From contig OZ210885.1 of the NCBI GenBank assembly GCA_964658305.1, positions 8,370,001 through 8,434,000 on the forward strand: 64,000 nt of DNA, written 5' to 3'. Below, in pieces: positions 30,001 through 42,000 of this stretch. The stretch's first letter is position 1. Every line of letters starts with the position of its first letter. Position numbers and translations under genes: made by a program. The notes under the pieces were generated by a model. The model made no database searches. It was not told the DNA's origin and saw only the letters and a program-made list of their open reading frames with translations. This stretch comes from Leptogorgia sarmentosa. Its lineage: Eukaryota.

Positions 30001-33000
30001 GAGAAAAACAGAGTCCAATATGTTGAATTCCATGTCCTTATTTCTCCTTGAAGCCGCATAGTCATGAAACCTGTTTTATGAAACTTCATCTTTCCTTAAG
30101 GAAGACCTTTTTACCTATACCCTTGTAAAAAGGTAGAAATATAAAATTTTCTACCGCGATTTTATTGGTACTACTCCGAAGAACTAAAAATCAGTGGTTG
30201 CAGAGTTAAGGTCGAACTAAAGGTCGAAAATATGCATCTAAGTATTGTGGGTCACATTTTGCTGCGATGTATATTTCAATGGCTTCAAGTCAATACATTT
30301 TCCTATTGCATTATATATATATATGAACATTGCTTCGATATATAGAGTTTTTTTACGCTGAATAACAGAGTGTATTTTTGTCCTTGTTGGGTGCGTAAAA
30401 CTAGAGATACGGCAGCCAATTATAGTCATAGGAAGAATTCGACCTAAATTAATATAGCGTTCGGGAGAAAGAGTACTTTTCGTAAGAAACGGGAGTAACC
30501 TAGAATGTATTAACGATTATGCTGCATGAAACTGAGGAAATGCTTCTGAATTTCACATATTCGCTACGAAGCACAAGTTGAATATATACAGTGAATATTT
30601 AACTCAATGTGATGACTGCGTCGCTAATTAGAGTGTACTCCCGCTCAAATATGGAACGTTACGTGAAACCCAAGAACTGAAACGATATGCATCAATCCGC
30701 TTCATAAACGTTCTTGTATTAAAATGTGAATTTTATTTATATTTTTTTAGTAAATAGCGATGTACACAGTGGCGTAACTACTAGCGGGCCAACCTGGCCG
30801 GGGGCCCTGGGAAGAGGTTTCTTCAGGGCCGTGCCTAATGTGAAATTCAAACAATTTTTATTGAAATTGAAGATGCAAAAAAAGTTCGAAGTTAACAAAA
30901 TGTTTGATATCATTCAGTAGCTAGCTGAAACAATTTTGTTGCCTTTTAAATTGTGCTTGGATGTTGACAGTATATTAATTGTTGTATATTACAGTCAAAC
31001 TTTTACTGTTGTCATTGTTTCTGCTTTATAGGAACTTATTTTAGTGTGCTTCTTTTTACGGAACGTTTTTGTCTTTTGGGTATAATTGAAGCAGAAGAGA
31101 TGTTAAATAGCTATAATATGTTCGATAAGAAATAGCAGAATTAAAATGCATATCATATGCAGAATTCAGGAGAATATTTCGTAGAGTTAGCATAGTAAAA
31201 ATGTGAAGCTAAGAGGTATAATTAAGAGGCCATCCACAACAGTTCAACCGAGGGCCGTCACTGGAGATTTACGCCATTGAATTTGCAACGTAAAACAAAC
31301 ATTTTGTGAACGTACTTTCAAGTATTTTTATTTGAAGAAAAAATAATTATTTTAATTTAATAAAAGTATTCCAATATTCAATTTGGTACCGGCGGGGTAA
31401 CATATTTCCGAAAGTATGATCATTTGCGGAGTTATTTGACAAACATAATATGAAAAGGATTTAATTTTTTCTCCAATGGCATCGTTGCTGGTGTTGCTTC
31501 AGAACCGTTAAATCCGTACACGTCAGCAAAATCTTATTTCTTATCGAAACTCGCGCACTTTAATACTAACTTTTAAGCAGAGCGGAAGTCGAGAAAACGT
31601 TTATGCAAATTTTCGTTTACCTATTCTGAACAACATTTTGATATCCTTGTTTGATTTGTGTTTAAGATGCTTACCATCGTATGTTCCAATAAACACTCGC
31701 TGATCATCTGCACTGAAATCCAGAGCATCAACTGCACTCTCCCCTTGGAACACAAAAAGCTGTTCATAATTATCCATTCTCCAAAGGATTGTACTTCCGT
31801 CCGACGACCCCGACGCTAGTATTGTTCCACTTTGTGACACAGCCAAACAGATAACAAAATGTCCCCGTAGTTGTTGAACTTCTCTACCTGTTTATAAAAT
31901 AAGATAGCACGTACAAAAAATGGTGTAATAGATCATTTTCACTCATAATCGTTACTACACCGGAAGTATTGTTCAAAACACTGCGGCGATAAAATAAATG
32001 ATTGAGACAAGTAACTATAACATTAACTAACCCATCAGCTACACTCTGTTTACACCGCTTACTTTCATTTTTACTATCACGTAGCTACAGAAACTTAAAC
32101 AGCAATGTAAGTGATAGACAAACACCGAAACGATTGTTAATACTAAAAACAAAATAACAGCAATTATAAACTGTAACAGAATTAACTGTGGCGTTTTTCA
32201 CAGGCGTGTGTTTTTATTCGTTAATTCTTGGGATTTCATAAAGGTATGCCCTCATCTTTGTTGTGCAAGTCCATAGATATAGGTATCGAGTCAACTGGGG
32301 TTGATTGCGAATTCTACGATAATATAAGTGTGCGAAATATTTTTGTGACGTCTTCAACGCTTGGGTAAGATTCGCTACTGGTCCCCGTTGGCTCAATAAC
32401 TAAAGTGGTAGAGTAACGGTCAAGTAACCTATACACGTTATCTATTGCTGTTTTGATGTAACAAATTATATATTCGTTTATTAAATCGTAAATTTCACGA
32501 GAACATACTATACAAACATGGGTTTAATTGTAGAGCAGCCACACTTATGGCTGTTTTCCAATGCCGAACAGTTTACTGAAATTTATAATATATTTACCAC
32601 TGTTTAGATAAAATTTAGCGGCTGATGTTGGTGGTAGAGCAGAAAGTAGATAATTGGAAAGCATGCATGAGGCCATAAACAGGAAATGTTCTATACAGCG
32701 AATACCAATGATTGCACAGGAATGTTGTCCTACTTGTATTTGTAATTACTGAACTTTCACATTTTAAAATTGGCAGATATCATTTATGCACACGATTTCT
32801 TAATAATTGTATGTTTTATTGTTTAGAAGAAATAATATGTCACCCTGTCCGAATTAGTTTTTATAGTTTGATTAATATGTTGCAGACAAAAGCATTCCCT
32901 CCAGCCATTTGTGAGATTTTTTTTATTTTTTACCCAGTAAACATTGATCCTGTTCAAGAAATGACTGAATTAATTTTTATCCCAGCGTAAATCTGGACGA

Positions 33001-36000
33001 ACATGTCTCTTCAAGTATCTAATCCAAATTTCAAATATCATCATATGACGACGACTGCCGTACATGATTGGCTAATTTTCTAATGAATTATTAATTACTT
33101 TGAGTGTAAACCTTTGTTCCCTCACCCATATCAACTGCATATTAACTATATTCTCATTTCAATTGAATAACCAAGATCAAAGCTTTTGTTTAGCTAAAAA
33201 GGCATGTATGAATATGTTTAAAATATAATGATAATATATACGCTATAATTCAATTTGTCTGCTTCCAAAACTGAAGCTTTTCTCAAAAACCGGGGCAGTC
33301 GGCTACAGGTCTAATTATCCGTGTAACGAAATAAGATTTGGATGGCGTGATATTATTAATACTTACTTATTTGCGCGAAATATGACGTGTGTATACAGTG
33401 GTTTATTTTACACTGCACCAATATAGATTTTTTAAATTTTATCAAACTGTAACTATCACCAGACATTTCTGTCATTTCTAATAGAAAGACAACTGCATTG
33501 TGCCTATGTTCAAAAATGGTGTCATAGCAATTTTGTAGCAGAGGATTATGCTGAACAAAAACCAAGCATAAATTGTGGTATCAACGGCTTTGTTGTTATC
33601 AACGCAACGTTAAGCCAAGCATTATAACGTCTTCAAAGCAACGTGAAAACTGATTACAACGTGACCAACTCGACGAGCTTTCCGAAAAAACAAATTTTTA
33701 TGCTGAACAAAAACCAAGCATAAATTGTGGTATCAACGGCTTTGTTGTTATCAACGCAACGTTAAACTAAGCATTATAACGTCTCCAAAGCAACGTGAAG
33801 GCTGATTACAACGTGAGAGCTGTAACTTCAAGTTGACTACACAGCAACAATCACATTGCTTTAGCTGAACCTGTGTAGCTGTTTCTTGAAAAAATTTCAA
33901 CATCTATTTAAAGCACAAAAAGGTCAGCAGCCATTTTAAAGCTGAAATTTAGACCCCGTCTTCGAGTTTGTGGCGTTGTAGATCTTAAGGTCCCTACTAA
34001 ACAATTATTGGATGAGGCTGAGCATGATATCAAGTATTATTCAGACTGAGGTCAATGTTATCTGCCGAAGCGAAGCTGAGGCGGATAACATTGACCGAGG
34101 TCTGAATAATTCTTGATATCATGCAAAAGCCGAATCCAATAATTGTTTTATTATACATTTAAAAGAGAGTTCACTTTCATTCAGCGAAGCAAATTTGCTG
34201 CAGGACATTGTTTGTTTTTTTTCGCGGGCTTTTAGCTTCAAGCTTTTGACAGCGCTAGGGCTTGGGCACGAGAGAGTCCAATAATTTTTTTTTTGGATGC
34301 AAGTTCGATCCAAAAAAATAATTATTGGACGCTGATGACGTCATCGGCGGAAAATACGTAATAAATACCGAATACTGAGAATTAGCCGGTGCTTTCTGAC
34401 CAATCAGGAACGAGAATAAATTTTAAATGTATAATAATTATCAATTATTGGACGAGGTCGAGCAAAATATCGCGATTTGTCGGCGGCGAGCAGATCAATT
34501 ATTTGCCGATGCCGAAGGCAGAGGCAAATAATTGATCTGCGAGCCACCGACAAAATCGCGATATTTTGCGAGATCTCGTCCAATAATTGTTTTATTATTC
34601 ACTTACAAAGCATACTTAGCTACAAGGTAGACGTATACAACGAGCTTTACATAAAAATTTTATTTCATAAAAAAATAATACTGGTTTACAGAAAAAACCT
34701 TCTTCTTTTAAATTTTTCTTTCTTTTAAATATTGCCGGAAGACACTGAGTGACGGCCGTTTTGGTGGCTTTTTTTGTATCATCTGAATTTTTTTCCTCTA
34801 GTAAACAAGACAGCTCGTCTTCTGGTAGTTCAGGAAAACGAGCCGCCATTGTTTACAAAAAAGTGACGCATTGCGCATGCTCAGACTATTATTTGCAGGT
34901 GAGCAACCTTTTTAACAAATGCGCATGCTCAGACTATTATTTGCACGCAGTTATTTGCAGGTAAATTGACCAATCAAAATTGAGAATACTATAAAGTGAA
35001 TAATAATATCAATTATCGGAGACGCCGCACGAAATATCGCGAGTTATCGTTGGCGAGCTGATCAATTATTTGCCGATTCCGAAAAGAGAAGCACGTAAGT
35101 AATCTGAGAACAACCGATATATAACTGAAGCAAAGCATAGCCACATTGCCTAGAGTGCATAATAGGACGAGCCCTGACGCCAGTGGCCAGTGAGCTCCAT
35201 GAGATTATAGCGCCGTAAATTTCCGATGTAATCAACTACTGTACATGTGACAGCAGGTAAGTTAAACATGCACTTTATTAAACTTTTTATCTAGTTAATT
35301 CATTATCAGCGCTAACAAAAAGAATTGAAGCTGAAGGCTAGTACAACGTTTCTTGACAAGGGGTGATTTTGCACTGCAAAGTTTTGTTAATTAATAACGT
35401 CACCCGAGTGGCTTTGCGAAATTGAGAGCGATTTCAAATTTGCTTAGTTTTTTATTCACGTATATCGCGCAGCCGCTCAACTTGCATAACTCAGAACTGA
35501 TGATTCTTACAAATGTGAGTGAGGATATGGTTGCACATATAATTACAATTACAAACAGAGGCGGCATTGAATCTGTGTTTTATCCCTTTTCCGGACTGAC
35601 GATCGGTCAAAAGAAAAAAAAACTATTGAAAACCCCAAACCTTGCCATTAGTTTTATCCATAGTACGTTACCACACGGTTACCTACCTGTGTCAAGATCA
35701 AAGATTGTGATTGAACCATCCAATAAACCACAAATGACAAGGGTAGAGGATGAAATATTGGACGTCGCTAATGAGCATACGCTGGAATCAAGCGTTTTTC
35801 GAAAGATCTCAGGGCCTCCAAGATCTAAACATGAGAATTCCGGGATAAGACGGCAAGTCTCTCTGCATGTTGCACGGAGTTGTTCTAATAGCGTCTTTAT
35901 CCCCGGAAACTCTTCATAAGATAGCAGTCTGCCTGGAAAACAAAAATACACAACATTATTAACGTACGTAACAAAATCATAACATTTAAAATAGCTATAT

Positions 36001-39000
36001 AAAGATTAAGACAATTTTTTGACCGGAAAAAATTAAAATTGAACAACTAACGGGCCTATCTGATTATACTATATATATATCTGTTTCTTGATTATTAAAG
36101 CAATAGGTTCTTAAAATTAATCATATGAGTCCCTTTCTAATTTGTAAAGGAAGTTTTTCATTGTTTTAACAAAATTTTCGTTCCCCTTCAGTGACTTTCA
36201 TATAAAGGAGACATAAAGTAATATCAAAGTTTGAAAATGAGACACTGAAAAAACGTTTTTGAAAGCTTTGCAACTGTTGAAATGATGTTTTATTCTGTTT
36301 CATATTGTGACAGTAAAAAGATGAGTAATTTATTTTATGATAACGGAACGAGTATTTATGAAATGATTTATTTCCGCATATGTTACACTGACAAGGGTTA
36401 ATTCTGCTATATACCAGCAGTTGTCATGCTTAGTTGCTAGTTACAATTATTGACATAACAACCAACGATTAACAGAGTATAGTATGCATTTGTTCTTCAT
36501 TGAGTTAGCAATGTTCTTTACGACGGGAAGGATATGCAATATGTGCGGTTATGCATAAAGTCCATAAATATCGAATTCAGCTCTGGGAAGAATAATCCTT
36601 CTTTGGTCGTGTCTTCAAAAAATCTTGGAAGTTTTCATTGTATATAGTCATTTTCGGGAAGTTGAGATCACATACATATTTACGATCGTGCTATAGTTCT
36701 CTTATCTGATCATTGGTGGCTGACAGTTGATAGTTGAAGTACAGATGAAATACTGCATAACAGGTAGCCTTATAGCTTTTATATACTGCTGTTCTGATAG
36801 ACTTAGCTTCTGAGAAAATTCAACAAAATATTAATGTCATGGTTTCATCTGCCTTTGTAAATTTACGAGATCAGTTAAATAATCTGAGTCAGCTCTACAT
36901 GAAACATAACTATCGACAAACTCAGCAATATCTTCATCACTATATATCTTTACCATACTCAGGAGCATTTTTTATCCCGAATAAGCCGTGGATATGTGGA
37001 GAACCTCTTAGCGGAAATTCAACGCAATAGAGGAAGTCAACAACTTCTCCAACTGGATGACTAGGGCTTTTAATGAAGTTGTGATTGAATAATTGTACCA
37101 TATGTCAAAAATTTCTTGCATATGTGACTGGATCTTTCTGCATCAGTTCAGATTTCTTCTGCCATGTCATTTGTTTAATTTCGTCGTTAGTAGAATCTTT
37201 ATTGTCTATAAGACGACCAAGAATTTTGGTCAAATGAATCCACTGTGTTTCAGCTAGCTGCTGAAAATGAACAGAACCACGTATAGGATTACCAAGCTCA
37301 CGAATCATGGCAAATACATCTTTTTTACACCTTTTGTTCTCCCCAACTGGAGAATTATTGCCGGTTCAAGACAAATACAAAAAATAAAACCTCCAACACG
37401 GTTCTAGACAAAAAATATAATAATAAACCTCCAACACGGTTTTTTAACATTGCTCATCCCCTTTTGAGCCCGCGAAAATGTCAACATATACTTCATGTAA
37501 ATATGTTATTATTGACTGTCCGTAACATCCCCCTCCGAATGTCAAAGCATTCGCACTCAACCTAAAGCTAAATGTTCAACGCAACGATAAATATTAACTA
37601 GTCTAATGTCAATTAATTTTAGTTTCAATTCGATCTTCTGTTGTTCATTATATTTTTTCAAACATATTCCAACGGGCATAAACGGTGAACGGGTCTTAGA
37701 TATTCGTTTCCTCTCGCTTTCAATCTCACCACTCGTACCAAACCATCGTCTCCAGGATAGGTCTCTAGGATCCGTCCTAAAGGCCAGTCGCAGCGATTAG
37801 CGTTGGGTTCAATCATCAAAACCACATCCCCCTCCTTGACACTACGTTCAGGATGAAACCACTTTTTTCTGCGATTTAGCGTTGGAAGTAGCTCCTTTCT
37901 CCATCTTTTCCAAACTTGATTTATCAGTTCGTCAGCTGAGGATTAACAAGGTCTATCTGCATTCTGAGTAGTTGGGAGAAGATCACTTTTAATATAAGTT
38001 TTAGTATACAACTGTGGTTTGAGATTTGGAAAGTTCAGAAGTGATCTTCTCCCAACTACTCAGAATGTAGATAGACCTTGTTAATCCTCGGCTGACGAGT
38101 TGTTGTACCCGGTGCCATCTTTTACGGACATCCAACGTTTCTTCATCGCCGGCTTCTGCCGCAAATTTTCCTCCCAGTTGTCCGTGGATGAAGTGGTCTG
38201 GAGTGAGAGGACATAAATCCGTAGCATCAGAGCTAACGTAGGTGATGGGCCTTGAGTTCAGCAATCTTTCTGCTCCACAAATAGCGGTGTGCAATTCTTC
38301 ATCAGAAACTTCTGCATCTCCCAGTATACTCCTTATAGCCTTCTTGGCACTTTTTATCATCACTTCGTATACACCGCCAAAGTGTGGACCCGCTGGAGGG
38401 TTAAAATGCCATTCAATCTGTGATAGTCGTGAACTCTCGCGAATGATCTTTTCTTGATTCAACTTTTGGACAAGTTCTCGTAATTCTCGCTCTCCTGCTA
38501 CGAAGTTTGTACCGTTGTCTGATATGACGTATGAAGGGGTCCCCCTCCGTGATACCATTCGGGCGAACGCATTGATGAAAGAGTTCGTGTCTAGTGAGTA
38601 GGCCATCTCCAAGTGTACGGCACGTGTGACAAGGCAGGTGAACAAACACAGGTATCTTTTCGCTCGGGTCTTCCCACGCCCTTGTTTTGTTAGGTACGGT
38701 CCTCCGTAATCAACACCAACATGGTCGAAGGCTTTCATCGATGACGTTACTCTTTGTCTTGGCAGTGGTGCCATCATTTGACCGACAGGTTTCGCGTTAA
38801 ACCGTCTCTTACACGCCTGGCAATGGTGAAGAACTTCACGTACCAACCTTCTGCCCTTAATGACCCAAAATCGTGAACGTAACTCACAAAGCGTATGTTC
38901 AACCCCTGTACCGTGACCGAGTTTTTCATGCACCGATTGTACCACCAGTTTTGTAATAGGATGTTCCTTAGGCAATATTACTGGATGTTTGCTTTCGTAT

Positions 39001-42000
39001 GGTAATTCTGCGTGACGCAAACGCCCGTCTATACGAAGGAGTCCATCTTCATCTTTCATTGGATTTAGGTTCTGCAAACATTTCTACCTCACGTCATCTT
39101 GGAAGCTTTCAATCTGTGCTCGTTTGAACCAGAAGATTTCCGCTTGTTTTACCTCGTCGACAGTAAAGTTAGCAGTTAGGAGTCGTAGATTTGCCTCCTT
39201 CTGTCTGCAGTTACTCGCAAACCGTCTCACCCATGCCGTGAGGCGTACTAGGTGATAAAAACTCGAAAAGTTCCTAGGGTTGAGGCCATTCTCATCCGAT
39301 ATTAAAGCAACATGGGTTCTTTCGTTCTTCCTCTCCTCCGCTACGTCACCCTGAGGTGTTTCCACTCTTGTTAAACGTGCAGGCCAGACCGTCTCACTCC
39401 CCAACAGAAACTCCGGCCCTTCTTTCCACACTTTGCTTTTTGCTAACTCCGACGCGCTAATTCCACGAGTAGCCAGATCTGCTGGGTTAAGCTCGCCGGG
39501 CACATGCCTCCACTGTTCTGGGTTTGTGGTCTTTTGAATTTCTCCAATCCTGTTAGCTACGAAAGTTTTAAAGTTACGACTTTGGTTCTTGACCCAATAT
39601 AATACATTCGTAGAATCTGTCCAGAACACCACTTTGGACACCGCAATTGACCTGAGAATAGTGCTTGCAAGATGTGTTGAAATGACTGCCCCCATCAACT
39701 CCAAACGAGGAATAGATATTACCTTAATCGGAGCGACTCGACATTTGGATGCAATCAGTACTGACGTTGCTGTACTATCTTCATAACGGCACACGAGATA
39801 GCCACAAGCTGCGTACGCTTCTTTTGATGCATCAGAGAACATATGAAGTTCGTTCTCGTCAGGGGAAGGTTTTCGCAGACACCGACTTCAGTTCATCTGC
39901 CCAATGCTGCCAACGGTCAAACAGCGACTTTGATAGTGTGTCGTCCCAATCGAGACCAGCTGACCAGAGGTCCTGCATAAGGATTTTCGCCCGGATCGTA
40001 AATGGCGATAGAAGCTGTAGTGGATCAAACAGCGTGGAGATTGAACTTAGCACTTCTCTCTTTGTGGCGCTCTCTTTATGAACTGGTGGTTGGACGTTGA
40101 AGGTGAATACGTCATTCTCTGATCTCCAAGTCACCCCGAGGGTTTTTAACTTGCCTGTGGGTCGTCCAGCCTCTCGTATCTCTATGTCCGGTTGTCTGTC
40201 CTCTGTCGGTACATCCTCTAGTACGGACCGATCATTTGACGACCATTTTCGTAAATGGAAATGCGCTGCGTTCAGCATCTCTGAAAGCTGTCTCCTTAGC
40301 TCGATAGCCTCCTGTGGGGTCTCGGACGAGTCGAGAACGTCGTCAACATACATGGAATTATTGACTGTGTCGGCTGCTTTGGGATAATCTGCTGCCTTCA
40401 TCTCTGCATGGTTTTGGATAACGAATTGTGCACAAAATGGTGAAGCTGTATTTCCAAAGACTAGACTTTGAAACTCGTACACGCTTGGCTCTTGGGAAGC
40501 GTCGAAGCTTCGCCACAGAAATCGGTGGTACCGGCGATCCTCTTCCCGCAACCCAACTTGCAAAAACATCTCCGAGATATCTCCTGACAGGGCAACTGGT
40601 GCACGTCGGAATCGAATCAAAACAGTGAGCAAGTCCTTCTGAAGTTTAGGCCCAGGATGTATTGCATCGTTCAAGCTTTTGCCACGATTCTTTGCGGCAG
40701 CATCGAAAACCATACGCGTCTTCGTAGTTGTTCTATCTTCTTTTATCACGGCGAAGTGTGGTAAAAACCACTGGTTTTTGTCATTGTTCGTTCGAACTTT
40801 CTTTACGTAACCCTTTCTTTCATACTCCAAGATAATCTTGTCGTAAGCTTGCATTGCCTCGGATCCTTTTCTCCTAAGGATTTTCTCTTGACTCTTCAGT
40901 CTTTCTAATGCGACATCGTAGTTATTCTCCAGCTTTGGTTCTCCTTCCTTCCAGGGAATTCCAACAGAATATCTTCCTTCATTCCGAGTTAAACTTGCCG
41001 TCACTTTGGCCATTGCTTCCTTTTCGGCAGGGGTCTTGTGATCCTGGTTTTCCGTAATACCAAGGGCTTCAAGTTCCCAAAACTGTCTCAGCTGGTCATC
41101 TTGTTGTCGGTCTTTTGACTGTTCAACATGGTTAGAACGGTATGTGCGTGTAAAGTGTGAAGAAGAATTGCAGCGATGTTACTCCACCATAACTGGACCA
41201 AAACAAACCCACCCCAAATGGGTAAGTCTGGCGATGGGGTCTGTCGACTTGCTTCCGGGTATTTCTTCAAAGACTTGATGATAGAGCGGATGATCACTGC
41301 CGATCAGAACGTCGATCTGTCGGCGTCTGGCGCTACGATCAAAGGGAATAGGTGAAAGATGCGGCCATTTCTCTTTCATTTCCGCCCAATTGAATGCTGG
41401 TGTGTCCCCGGTTATGTTGCCCAAGACGTGGGCTGACAGCTGGTCGGAGAAATTCCCGTCCAGACTTGAGACTTCCAGGGTAACTTGTTTGGACTGTTTT
41501 TCGATTTGAATTCCACCAGTACCCGAAATCGTCAAGTCCTGCATTTCCCCTCTTAACTGTAATTCTTCCGCCGAAACTTCTGTTATATATGTCCCAGTTG
41601 AACACGGATCTAGCATCACGTTAACTTTGAGTTTCTTCTCTCCATTTCTGATAACAGCAGGTAGGACCATCAGAGCTACACGGTCCGTTCGTTGAGATAC
41701 ATAAGATCTGGTACCGTTATCCTTGTTTCCTTGTGTCCCACGTACGCTGTCTTGAGTGCCACGTTCCGGAACTTCTGGAATCCCCCCTCGATCACTCTGT
41801 TGATTGGCAATAGGAAGGTGAAGTAACCTGTTGTGTTGGTGACTTTCACAACCATCAACTCCACATCGCCTTGCTCGATTACATTTAGCTGCTCTATGTC
41901 CAATAGCTAGACATTTGAAACACCGTTTTGACTTGTCTATCAAGTCTTTACGCTTTGATACAGATAACGATTTGAATTCATCACAACTCCAAGGAGGATG

